A DNA stretch of 64,000 nucleotides, from contig NC_135667.1 of assembly GCF_964188315.1 (NCBI RefSeq), positions 11,160,001 to 11,224,000 of the forward strand. Direction: 5' to 3'. This document shows, in pieces, positions 35,440 through 46,887 of the stretch. This DNA comes from Podarcis muralis. Taxonomy: Eukaryota. Numbering within the stretch: the first letter of the stretch is position 1; each line of letters opens with the position of its first letter. The notes below the pieces were generated by a model. That model ran no database searches. It was not told where the DNA came from and saw only the letters and a list, made by a program, of their open reading frames with translations. The translations under genes and the position numbers were made by a program.

Positions 35440-38400
35440 GTACCTCATAGAACAGAACTGCCAGTTTAGCAGCTGATTTAGGAATGCTGCAGTCAGTGAA
35501 CAGGAAGCAACTAAATACAAAGGTAGAAGCTCCATTAAAAGAGGGAAGCTGTTAAAGAAACGGTAGATTGGGAAAGCATCAATACTACTGTGTGAGTCCA
35601 CACTGGACGGCCTGACACTGCTGTTGGGTTTTAAGAAAAGGGGGAAAAGATATATAATGAAATGAAAAGGATGTTTAAAATAAGGTTTGTAAAGAAAACC
35701 AGAAGCTTTTCTCTTGGGAATTATAGGGACAGAACTGCCTAAAATGTATAGAAACTTATTCATGTATGCAACTACAGCGGCAAGAATGTGACTTGCCCAA
35801 AAATGGAAAGAAGAAGAAGCCCCAGCAAAGGAAGAATGGATACAAAAACTTACGAAATATGCAGAAATGGTGACATTTACTGGAAGAATAAGAAATCAAG
35901 ATAACAAACTTTTTATAAAAGAATGGAAATGGTTTATTGAATATTTACAGATAAATTGTAAACAGATAAAAACATTGGCAGGATCATTGTAATAACCTGC
36001 AGTTTCATAAGAGTATATATTTAAAGAAGATGAATAAATGAACAAATTGAGTTAATTTGGATATGCAGAATATATTTTTTTAAAAAAACCAGGATCCGCA
36101 GAAAGTGGGGGAAGGAAGTCAAGTTTTGAAATGTCAAAATGATTGTAAAATCAGTGAAATGTATAAATTTGAAAGGTATAAATATTTTTTTTTTAAAAAA
36201 GGAAAAAAAGAAACCTTCACAAATCAGGCCTGAAAAATAGATGCAGGGATAGCATGCAGGGCCCTGGAATGTGATGTGTTGGCAGTTAAGTTGCCTGGAT
36301 TCTCCATGAAGCCTGTCTGAATGAGAGTTCCCCAACAGTTGCACGAGAGCTGATTCTGTTTTTCCACTTTCTCCCTCCGATCCAGGTTCAACCTACCTCC
36401 CATGAATTTCCCTGAAGACGTGGGAACCAAGTCAGACCTGGTGACTTTAAACCCCAGCATCCTTAATGAAAAGTAAGGGAAAGATCTGAGAATGCGCTGG
36501 CTGTGTCATAATTTAAGCCATGGGTAGTCAAACGAAGGCCCGGGGGCCGGATCTGGCCCAATTGCCTTTAAATCCGGCCCGCGGACAGTCCGGGAATCGG
36601 CGTGTGTTTTTACATGAGTAGAATGTGTCCTTTTATTTAAAATGCATCTCTGGGTTATTTGTGGGGCATAGGAGTTCATTCCCTGCCCCCAAAATATAGT
36701 CTGCCCCCCCCCCCACAAGGACTGAGGGACAGTGGACCGGCCGCCTCCTGAAAAAGTTTGCTGACCCCTGATTTAAGCGGTTGTAGGAAGCAATAACAAA
36801 GCTGCACCCAGCGGCCAGTGCCTCCTGCTCTGCATGCAGCAGGTCCTGGGTTCAATCCCTGGTGTCTCCAGGTAGGGCTGGCAGGAGCTCCTCCCTAGAA
36901 CCCTGGAGAGCCCCTGCCAGTCAGTGCAGGCACTGCTAAGCTAGAGAGGCCAATGGTTTGACTCGGTGCTCCTGTGCATTTAAGATTTGTTGTTAAATAC
37001 ATCATTTATCTCTGTGTAGGTGTATGAAAACAGGGACGCAGGTGGCGCTGTGGGCTAAACCACTGAGCCTCTTGGGCTTGCCGATCAGACGGGGTGAGCT
37101 CCTGTTGCTCGGTCCCTGCTCCTGCCAACCTAGCAGTTCGAAAGCACGTTCAAAGTGCAAGTAGATAAATAGGGACCGCTCTGGTGGGAAGGTAAACGGT
37201 GTTTCCGTGCGCTGCTCTGGTTCGCCAGAAGCAGCTTAGTCATGCTGGCCACGTGACCCGGAAGCTGTATGCTGGCTCCCTCGGCCAATAAAGCGAGATG
37301 AGCACCGCAACCCCAGAGGTCACGACTGGACCTGATGGTCAGGGTTCCCTTTACCTTTTAGGTGTATGAAAACATGTTTTATCCTGTGTAAACATTTCAA
37401 ATACTTCATGAAACTCAAAGGATAATTATGGCCATGCCCACACACCACACATGAGAAACACACCACTCCCTACAAAGGATCCTGGGAGCTGTAGTTTGCT
37501 AAGGGTGCTAGGAATTGTAGTCCCAGCAAAGGAAGAATGGATACAGAAACTTATGGAATATGCAGAAATGGCGAAACTTACTGGAAGAATAAGAAATCAA
37601 GATAATAAATCTTTTAGAAAAATATGGAAATGGCTTCTTGCATGTTTACAGATAAACTATAAACAGATAAAAACATTGGCAGGATCATTGTAATAACCTG
37701 CAGTTTGATAAGAGTACATATTTAAAGAAGATGAATAAATGAACAAAGTGAGTTAATTTGGATATGTAGAAGACATTAAAAATAAATTCAAGGAATCACA
37801 GGAAGAGGGGGGAAGGAAGCCAAGTATTGAAAATGGTTGTACAATTAGTGAAATGTATAAACTTGAAAAGTATGAATGAATGAATGGTGCTGGGAATTGT
37901 GCTGTGTGAGAGATAAACTACAGTTAGAGTATTACCGGTATTTGTGGGAGGCTGTATGCTTTAAATGTGCCTTAGGGCAGATCAACCCCGTATGTGCACA
38001 TCAAGCACACATTTAAAGCCCACGACTTCCCCCAAAGAACCCTGGGAACTGCAGTATCCCTCTTGCACAGCTACAGTTCACAGTTGTTGTTTAGTCGCGT
38101 CCGACTCTTCGTGACCCCATGGGCCAGAGCACGCCAGGCACTCCTGTCTTCCACTGCCTCCCGCAGTTTGGTCAAACTCATGCTGGTAGCTTCGAGAACA
38201 CTGGCCAACCATCTCGTCCTCTGTCATCCCCTTCTTCTTGTGCCCTCCATCTTTCCCAACATCAGGGTCTTCTCCAGGGAGTTTTCTCTTCTCATGATGT
38301 GACCAAAGTCTTGGAGCTTCAGGGTCTGTCCTTCCAGTGAGCACTCAGGGCTGATTTCCTTAAGAATGGATAGGTTTGATCTTCTTGCAGTTCACGGTAC

Positions 38401-39032
38401 CCATCACAAATTATCGTTCTCAGGATTCTTTAAATGTCCAATCTATGTTGCAGTCCAGGAGGTACTGATGAGAGCAGTCAGCTTAGAAACTGCAGATAGG
38501 ATGAAATTTTCTCCTCCAGGCTTAGAAGAACGTGGCTTGATCATTTTGTTCCTTCCCCATCTCCTGCAGATTCCGAAGACTCTCGGACCGCCGGAAGCCT
38601 TTTGCCGATTCCCTGCGCCTTTATGGGGACGCTTTCTTCCTCATTCCTGCCTTCTCCTTCGTGGGACACACCGATGTCAGCTACCGTGCCCTGTATACCA
38701 TGGAGGACTTTGGCTTGGCTCAGAGAGCTCTCTTCCTGAACCCCCATTACCTGGCCCCACTGGGTAGCTACTGGAAGTCGAGGGGCTTAGGGCCCAAACG
38801 CCTCTCCTCCGGCTTCATGTTCACCAGTATGGCTCTGGAGTTGTGCGAGCGCATCACTCTCTACGGATTCTGGCCTTTCCAACATGACCTGGAGAACCAG
38901 CCCATTCTCCACCATTACTACGACAACAGGCTGCCCAAGCAGGGGGTTCACGAGATGCCAAGCGAGTTTTCCCGATATCTAGACATGTACGCCCAGGGGT
39001 TGCTGCGCTTACGGCTTGGCAAGTGTCCGTGA
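27405..39032 (+). CDS. Alpha-2,8-sialyltransferase, ST8SIA6-like (candidate ST8Sia VII-type paralog); exons 27405-27505, 28788-28865, 30196-30348, 32277-32421, 33808-33920, 36386-36472, 38570-39032
   Basis: All introns are GT-AG and phases fit (2,2,2,0,2,2); 1140 nt = 379 aa. Type II anchor [18 protein letters not shown]; CPW and CC stem cysteines; sialylmotif [47 protein letters not shown]; motif [27 protein letters not shown]; motif III HHYYD; motif VS HEMPSE; C-terminal Cys. Exons 2-3 are less certain than exons 4-7. Confidence 0.92.
28005..28426 (-). mobile_element. Possible LTR-like element in ST8SIA intron 1
   Basis: TGTAGG..CCTACA inverted termini and AATAAA on the minus strand; no TSD. 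Confidence 0.3.
29426..29784 (+). mobile_element. Sauria SINE (subtype B) with TSD
   Basis: 13-bp TSD TAGCAGTAAAGCT at 29411-29423 and 29785-29797. Confidence 0.93.
31190..31890 (-). mobile_element. L2/CR1-group LINE 3' fragment
   Basis: Degenerate RT C-terminus ([21 protein letters not shown]) plus the shared 3' UTR. Confidence 0.75.
32856..33068. repeat. Two (TAT)n microsatellites; others: (AC)n 27894-27930, (AAT)n 44608-44660 and 46845-46885, (TG)n 46619-46657, (AC)n 60830-60867
   Basis: Direct reading; the (TAT)n and (AAT)n tracts create the poly-Ile stretches in the ORF track. Confidence 0.95.
34213..34734. mobile_element. hAT-type MITE (CATAGCTGTCAAC TIR family) inserted in a tRNA-Ala-derived SINE
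   Basis: TIR CATAGCTGTCAA/TTGACAGCTATG; 8-bp TSD TTTTAAAG/TTTCAAAG; host SINE pieces at ~34150-34212 and ~34735-34860. Confidence 0.8.
35120..35341 (-). mobile_element. 5'-truncated Sauria SINE (subtype B)
   Basis: 13-bp TSD AAAAAGTAGACAA. Confidence 0.88.
35392..35435. repeat. (AG)n microsatellite
   Basis: Direct reading. Confidence 0.95.
35760..36190 (+). mobile_element. L1-type LINE 3' fragment
   Basis: ORF2 C-terminal [18 protein letters not shown] motif plus an A-rich 3' UTR. Confidence 0.6.
36519..36770 (-). mobile_element. hAT MITE (CAGGGGTCAGCAAACT family)
   Basis: Perfect TSD ATTTAAGC. Confidence 0.85.
36820..36968 (+). mobile_element. tRNA-Ala-derived SINE; other copies near 90-200, 720-880, 4480-4745, 46100-46262, 50285-50425
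   Basis: ..TGCATGCAGCAGGTCCTGGGTTCAATCCCTGGTGTCTCCAGGTAGGGCTGG..: tRNA-Ala head followed by a non-tRNA body. Confidence 0.7.
37033..37358 (+). mobile_element. Sauria SINE (subtype A) with TSD
   Basis: 16-bp TSD TAGGTGTATGAAAACA. Confidence 0.92.
37507..37880 (+). mobile_element. L1-type LINE 3' fragment
   Basis: [38 protein letters not shown]; nearly identical to 57668-57793. Confidence 0.65.
38076..38392 (-). mobile_element. RTE-BovB LINE 3' fragment
   Basis: Characteristic BovB 3' end ([18 protein letters not shown]-like region) with a (CAA)n tail. Confidence 0.85.
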
Positions 39033-39279
39033 GAAGGGAGCTTCTGTCTGAATGGGCAAGGAGGTGATCGGTTGTCTCCTGAGCCGCGGAAGAACGGGTG
39101 GCACAAATGATGGCACAAGGTTGCAATGCTCAGCGGAGCGTTTTGTCGACACAATCGAAGGCCGCTCATTCAAATCGAAAGACCTTTCCCACCCCCCAGA
39201 TGTCTTAAGGAACACGAGTGAAATTCCTCTAAGAACAGGAGGCTCGTCTGTGTCCCAGTATTGGTAGACTGAGGGATAG

Positions 39280-39560
39280 AGTGTGGTTAGAGTGTGGCGC
39301 TGATAATGCCAAGGTCATAAGTTTGATTCCCCTATGGGACTCCTCCCTGCTTCTGCATTGCTGGGGGTTGTGCTAGATCAGGCACCCCCAGCCTGCGGCC
39401 CTCCAGATGTTTTGACCTACAACTCCCATGATCCATAGCGAACCGGACCAGTGGTCAGGGATGATGGGGATTGTAGTCCAAAACATCTGGAGGGCCACAG
39501 GTTGGGGATGCCTGTGCTAGATGGTCCTTGAGGTCCCTTCCAACTCTACAATTATACGAC
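39280..39560 (+). mobile_element. tRNA-Ile-derived SINE with a CR1-like tail, interrupted by a hAT MITE (39379-39514)
   Basis: Head ..TGGCGCTGATAATGCCAAGG..; tail GGTCCCTTCCAACTCTAC; MITE with perfect TSD TGCTAGAT. Confidence 0.8.
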
Positions 39561-39805
39561 AACGTGTGCTTCTTTGTGTTAGTGTTCATGTTGTATTTGT
39601 AATCCGCTCTGTTATTTTTTTATTTTTTTAGAGAAATATTTTACTGAAGTAAATCAAATCAATAGAAATAACAGAAAATAATAGACTTTGCAGAACTGGT
39701 GAAAAATCAGAAACCAGCAAGATCAAGCATTCCAAAAGGACTGGAGTAAATTTATACGATATCTGAAAGATTATTGTAAGCAATTGACATCACTAGCAGG
39801 GTTGT

Positions 39806-40190
39806 CATAGAATCATAGAATCATAGAGTTGGAATAGACCACAAGGGCCATCGAGTCCAACCCCCTGCCAAGCAGGAAACACCATCAGAGCACACCTGAC
39901 ATATGGTTGTCAGGCCTCTGCTTAAAGACCTCCAAAGAAGGAGACTCCACCACACTCCTTGGCACCAAATTCCACTGTGGAACAGCTCTTACTGTCAGGA
40001 AGTTCTTCCTAATGTTTAGGTGGAATCTACTTTCTTGTAGTTTGGATCCATTGCTCCGTGTCCGCTTCTCTGGAGCAGCAGAAAACAACCTTTCTCCCTC
40101 CTCTATATGACATCCTTTTATATATTTGAACATGGCTATCATATCTCCTCTTCTCCAGGCTAAACATGCCCAGCTCCCTTAGCCGTTCCT
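39806..40190 (-). mobile_element. CR1 LINE 3' fragment
   Basis: MIAMFKYIKG..RLFS..RTRSNG.KLQESRFHLNIRKNFLTVRAV..WN with an (ATTCTATG)n tail. Confidence 0.88.
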
Positions 40191-42274
40191 CGGCTAAGAC
40201 TTGTAATGAGAAATTCTCTACCTTTCTATATTTATTTAAATTTTGAGTTATTTTGTAATGTGTGTAATTAGAATTGGAAAATGTACAAAATGCAGTGATA
40301 TAAGGGCTAAATTTGAAAGCCATGAGGCAGGAGGGAAGGAAGTTGACAGGCTCTAAAGAGCCAGGGATGCAAAGTGGAGTGTTATCATGCGAATGTATAT
40401 TATAAAATGGAATGTGTGTGTGTGTGTGTAAACACCTGAAAAAAGAGAGAAATAACAGAAATATAAAAAAGTGGCCAGCCCAGCTCAGAATTGCAGGTCT
40501 CTTGACTTTTGAGACACTTGGGAACCCTCCTACCTCTGATTGGTGCAACAGCCTTTTAAAATTGTTGTTTTTGCTGCCCTAAACACACTGAGGGACACAA
40601 CCCTATTCTGCTTCTTAACGTTTCACTGAATATAAATTCAAAAGGGCTAGTTTTCATGTAGAAACTCGTCTTATAATTGTGATTCTGCCTCACCTCCCAA
40701 CCCATGCCTGACTTTCATGCTTGCCCTACCCTCGGACAGGAGAAAACAAGGTGGTTTCTTGCCACTGCCTGACGTCCCATTAGCAAACATAAATAATTGC
40801 TCCTGCTCAGCACCTGTTCCCTATTAGAAGGTCTAGAATACAGGAACAAAGCCCGATAGCAAACATTTTTTTCCATTAGCAGATTTCATTATTTGCTTAG
40901 TGTTTTATACAGTCTTCCATGAGGTCAAGTCAGGTCAGGGTCAGATTTCCAAGCTGTTTTCAACCAAGAGAGACTTCCCTTTGCCAAGACCTTTCATCGA
41001 AGGCAGGTGTGGGGGACACCTTTGGCTTGACAGGTGCTGCTGTACTACAACTCCCATCAGCCCCAGCAAGCATGGCTGTTTTTGGACTACAATTCCCATC
41101 ATCCTTGACCACTTGTCTTGCTAGCGAGGGATGATGGGAGTTGTAGTCCAAAAACAGCTGGAGGCCCAAGGTTGGGGAACACTGGCCTAGGATGAGGGGA
41201 GTTGTGGCCCAGGAACATCCGGCAAGCCAAAGGCCACACACCCAATCAGAGGTCCTCAGTGGAGGTGGGCAAATTGGGCACCTCAGTCTGTCCTCACCTC
41301 ATCCTGTTCTCCATCCTAACACTGAGGTCCAGCTCCAAGGGCCTTCTGGCAGTTCCCTCATTGTGAGAAGGGAGGTTACAAGGAAGCAGGCAGGGGGCCT
41401 TCTTGGTAGCGGCGCTCGCCCTGTAGAACGTCCTCCCATCAGATGTGAAGGAAATAAACAACTATCTGACTTTTAGAAGACATCTGAAGGCAGCCCTGTT
41501 TAGGGAAGTTTTTAATGGTTGATGTTTTATTGTGTTTTTAATGTTATGTTGGAAGCCACCCAGAGTGGCTGGGGAAACTCAGACAGATGGGCAGGAAATA
41601 AATGAATGAATGAATGAATGTTTTATTTTATCAACCCCCCACCCCGTCTTTTCACAACATTGAGATCAGGAAAGGCGGACTTGGGCCAATTTATATCTAT
41701 TATGCATTTGCTATGTTTATTTATCTATTTCATTCCATTTACGAATTGCACTAATAACTACTTTCTTTTTTAATAAGATGTTTTAATCGAGATTTCCCCA
41801 TAACACAGTAAAATTGCATCTGCAAAAGTACAAAACAAAGGAGAGAGGAAAGGGACAAGAGAAATAAAGTGAGGAAAGAGAAAGATAAAAGAAAGCGTAA
41901 GAAAAGAAATATTAGCAAAAAATACAAAAGTGGAACTTCTGATTTTCCACTTGCCATTTACATAAAATAAGAAAATGTGATTATCTTAAACTTTCGGTCC
42001 ACTTTGAGGGTCTGCTATCTTCTGCCAATCTTAACACCCGAGTGGGTCCGTCGCGAAGGAGAAGGTCCTTTAGATAGTTGCAAATGTATTTACAGAACAT
42101 GCTTCATGCTTGATGTCCACAATCCATTCAACTACCGGTAGTTTATCCGCCGTGTTACCTGATACTGAGTGGAAGAGCAACAACAAAGGACCCCCGAAAT
42201 TGGCCCAATTTCCCCATTTCTTTTAATGCTGCTGTTCTGTATCAGTGGCATAGCAAACACAGCTGCTCCTAGTG

Positions 42275-42355
42275 TATAAATGCAACCCAGCAGAGAGGCT
42301 GTTCCCTGGAAAACCATCCAGCTACCGAGTGGAAGCATCTACCTTAGACCATCAG
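42275..42355 (+). promoter_or_regulatory. TATA box and putative non-coding first exon of the C-type lectin gene
   Basis: TATAAA at 42275-42280 and donor CAG|GTATAC at 42355. The ATG-bearing exon has its own acceptor (TTCTCCTTTTTCAG at 44162), which implies an upstream exon. Confidence 0.5.
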
Positions 42356-44216
42356 GTATACGGCATGCGTTTCGGGGTGGGGTGCCATGACCTTTTGTAC
42401 CTATTTAAAGGACTTGGGACGTGGACTCAGGGATGGAGAATTATAAAGTGTCAAAATTGAGATGTGGGAAAATATGGAAATATCGAGGAGAGACAGGACT
42501 GAGATGTGGAGATATGCTTCAGAGATCCAGACCATGAGGAGCTCTGAAAAATTAATAATTATAATTTGGACTATAATTTGGTTTTTTAATTTTAGTGTTT
42601 TTTTTTAATTGGAGTATTACGATTGGATATATTAATTGGATGTTTTTTATTGGAAAATCAATAAAAATGATTTTAAAAAAAATAAATATTAAGGACTTGG
42701 GACGCAGGCCCACGACACAAAACTGCAGGTGCTAATTTTAATTTGCATGTAATGCGCTAACTTATATACCTTCGGGCAAATTCATACGGTGGGTGACTAG
42801 TGGCCACATCCAAGCTTTACATTTAAAGCATTGTGATACAGTCATGGCTGTAGCCCCAAAGCATCCTGGGAATTGTAGTTTATTAAGGGTGCTGAGAGTT
42901 GCTAGGAGAACCACCTACCTGCCTACAATTTTCAGAGTTCCCTGGAAAAAGGGATAGATTAAACCACTATGAGAATTGTAACTCTGTGAGATCCTGAAAC
43001 TGGGATGTCCCTAATATTCTCTGTGAAATGTTGGAGGGTTTGCCAAACAGGTGAAATCCTTCCCCAACATGGAAATGTAATTCTGGGCGAAAGCCTTGGC
43101 TCAGAACTGCACCAGATTCTTACCGTAATTATTCTGCAGGGCTGTATTAACAGCTGTGCCCCAGGGCAGAAATTCAGAAGGTGAAGCATTCTTCAGTTGG
43201 GTGTGATGTACCGAGAGTGTCAGGCTAGGCTTAAGGAAGACTTGCTTCAAATCCTTTCTGAACCATAAACACCTTGGGCCACTTATCCATACTTTTATTT
43301 TCCATCTTAACATCTTAAGTGACCACATAAGGTTGATGTGAAGAAGTGGACAGGTTCCTTGTCCCCAGCTCCTTCAAGGAAGACCAGGGTGGTGGTGGTG
43401 GTTGTTTTTAAAAAAATATTGGTTTTCACATTTATCACAAAGAAAAAAGAAAAACATTACAAGATATAGAACAAAGAAAAAAAGACATAAAAAAGAGTTA
43501 ATACTTCAAATCCCTAATTTCATTACATTAATAACTGACTTCCTCAAATCCCCTCTAACTGAATTTCATTATAACACCTGTTTAACAGTTCTCCAAATTC
43601 ATATTTCCAATAATATTAACTCCTTTCATTTACTAACCTCTTCTCCTTTATTACTATTCTAATCCTTAATATTTACTAGCACATATTTTTATTCTACCCC
43701 TAAGCCTATTAATTTCTTCCAAGAATTTTCTATTTATCTTATATTACTATTCTTATTCTACCCCTAAGCCTAATAAATTTTTTGAAATGAAATAAATAAG
43801 CAATGGGTTCCCGCTTATTATCACACAGTTCTTCAAGGCAGATCAGCACAGGCACACTTAAAAACAAAAAGAAAACCATTTACACTAGCACTAGCTCTTA
43901 TGGTATCATAAGAGGAGGGAAAAGGAGTTTTCTCAGCTGGAGGACCCTGCAGGAAACCTCACCTCAACTTAGGTCACAATCTACACCATACAGACATTTA
44001 TACCACTTTTACAGTCAACAGCTTCCCCCAAAGAATTCTGGGGACTGCAGTTTGCCCCTCGCAGAGCTACCACTCTCAGCATCCTACTCGGTATTTTGGG
44101 GGACGATGTGCTTTAAATGAGAGGGGTTGGGGTTTGTTTAGAAGTAGTTTCTCCTTTTTCAGCACCGTTTGCCTCAGTAGCAGAGCTTCCACGTTTCCGA
44201 ATCCTCCTCATCAGAG

Positions 44217-44609
44217 ATGGCGGCGCGGCCTGCCCAAGTTCTCTTGCCCATTGCTCTGGTGATGGCAGGGAGCATGGCAGCAGGTAAGGCTATCAGGAAA
44301 GGACAAGCAAAGATGGCTGTTTTTCGGGATGTGGGGGGAGGCAAAGCATCCTCTGTTGTGCCCCACTCCTCAGTTGCTAGTCCTTGGTGAGCTAGCCTCA
44401 TATTATTTATGATAATAATAAAGTAAGAATAATAATGAAATAAGAAGTTTGGTGATGACGAGATACCATATTGCGTACTTTAAAATGAGAGTTAAATCTC
44501 TTCTTTATCCTTGTGGGTTAATGGCTGTGGGTTGTATCCTACTAAGTCCGACTTGGAGTCGAGCACCGAAATTCATGCACCTGACAGCCATGCCCACCAG
44601 TTTTAATAA

Positions 44610-44663
<54 letters not shown>

Positions 44664-46616
44664 TTATTTATACCCTGCCCATCTGGCTGAGTTTCCCCAG
44701 CCACTCTGGGCGGCTGCCAATCAAGTGTTAAAAACATTACAGCGTTAAATATTAAAAACTTCCCTGAACAGGGCTGCCTTCAGATGTCTTTTAAAGATAG
44801 GATAGCTGCTTATTTCCTTCACATCTGAAGGGAGGGTGTTCCACAGGGTGGGCGCCACTACCGAGAAGGCCCTGTCTGGTTCCCTGTAACCTCACTTCTC
44901 GCAATGAGGGAACCGCCAGAAGGCCCTCGGCGCTGGATCTCTGTGTCTGGGCTGAACGATGGGGGTGGAGACGCTCTTTAATGGGTTGTATTCAATTCAA
45001 TCTGACTCAGAGGAGACTCATAGAAAACCTAAGTTAGTCATGTCTGTTAACTTCAGCGGGTCAACTCTGAGTAGGACTAGTATTGCATGCCATGCTGAAT
45101 AGGGCGAACAGTAGATACAGCCCAATATGTTACTCTTCTTCTTTCTGCATGCTTTTTAAAAAAATTACTATAACAAAAAAAGGAAATAGATGTTTTCTGC
45201 TAAGGTTCTGGAGACTCCATGGAAACAGTTGAGAACAGTGGTGAAGACGACGACAGATCTACGGAGAGGACAGGTCTGTGTGTATCATTTTGCTGTGAGT
45301 CAATAAGTTGTTAGGGCCAGAATCAAGGGTTAGCGTGGTCATGCATTTGCCCAGGGTCCATATACAATGGTACCTTGGTTCTCGAATGTAATCCATTCCA
45401 GAAGTCCGTTCGACTTCTGAAACGTTCAAAAACCAAGGCACGGCTTCCAATTGGCGCAGGTACTCTGGAAACAATAGCCGACAACCACATCAGACGTTTG
45501 GCTTCCGAAAAGCGTTTGAAAACTGGAACGCTTATTTCTGGATTTTTGGTGTTTGGGAGCTGAAATGTTTGAGAACCAAGATTCCACTGTACTCTGGATG
45601 AATAAGCTCATCTGATCATCGCCTCACTTTCTTAGTTCCCGTGGAGGGAGACTCACCACCAGAAAGACATCAGCTGTCGAAAGTCTTTTGTCAAGTCTGC
45701 CTGCCTGCCATCTNNNNNNNNNNNNNNNNNNNNNNNNNNNNNNNNNNNNNNNNNNNNNNNNNNNNNNNNNNNNNNNNNNNNNNNNNNNNNNNNNNNNNNN
45801 NNNNNNNNNNNNNNNNNNNNNNNNNNNNNNNNNNNNNNNNNNNNNNNNNNNNNNNNNNNNNNNNNNNNNNNNNNNNNNNNNNNNNNNNNNNNNNNNNNNN
45901 NNNNNNNNNNNNNNNNNNNNNNNNNNNNNNNNNNNNNNNNNNNNNNNNNNNNNNNNNNNNNNNNNNNNNNNNNNNNNNNNNNNNNNNNNNNNNNNNNNNN
46001 NNNNNNNNNNNNNNNNNNNNNNNNNNNNNNNNNNNNNNNNNNNNNNNNNNNNNNNNNNNNNNNNNNAAGATCCCTCAAGGAAGAAATTTGCATAAATTCA
46101 CCCCCTGAAATGAGTGGTGCTGAGTTAGCCCAATCTAGCTCAGTGCTGTCTGCACTGACTGCCAGCAGCTCTCCAGGGCTTTCAGACAGCGGAAATTCCC
46201 ATCCCTACCTGGAGATGCTGGGGACTGAACCTGGGACTTTCTGTATGCAAAGCAGATGTTCTGCCCTTGCCCTGTCCTCTCATAGAAAACTGCTTCCTTC
46301 CTTTCCAGGACTCGTTTGTCCTTGCACTCAGGGATGCTGTGCCAATGCCTGGTTTCAATACAAAGATGCTTGTTATCGACCAGTCACAGGCGACACTCAC
46401 GACTNNNNNNNNNNNNNNNNNNNNNNNNNNNNNNNNNNNNNNNNNNNNNNNNNNNNNNNNNNNNNNNNNNNNNNNNNNNNNNNNNNNNNNNNNNNNNNNN
46501 NNNNNNNNNNNNNNNNNNNNNNNNNNNNNNNNNNNNNNNNNNNNNNNNNNNNGTGGATAGATTAAGAGATCCACACATATGTGGCGACACTCATGACTGG
46601 AGTACAGTTAAGGTAC

Positions 46617-46661
<45 letters not shown>

Positions 46662-46842
46662 ATCTTCAAACACCAGTGGATAGATTAGGAGATCCAAACA
46701 TATGTGATCCTAACTTTTTGTGGATGGAATATTTTAATCCTGCCTTTTAAAAATGTGGACATGTTTTAGATTTTTCTTTGCTTTGCTTTGTGATTATTTT
46801 AATGTTTGCAAGAAAACTAATAAGTTGTTGTTGTTGTTGTTG

Positions 46843-46887
<45 letters not shown>

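Noticed and set aside
36820-36900. tRNA-Ala-like and other tRNA-like heads as tRNA genes
   Set aside because: They continue into SINE bodies and have broken stems and no terminator; only 13369-13440 qualifies.
45641-46750. ORFs containing X runs (also 53551-54006)
   Set aside because: Artefacts of reading through N-gaps.
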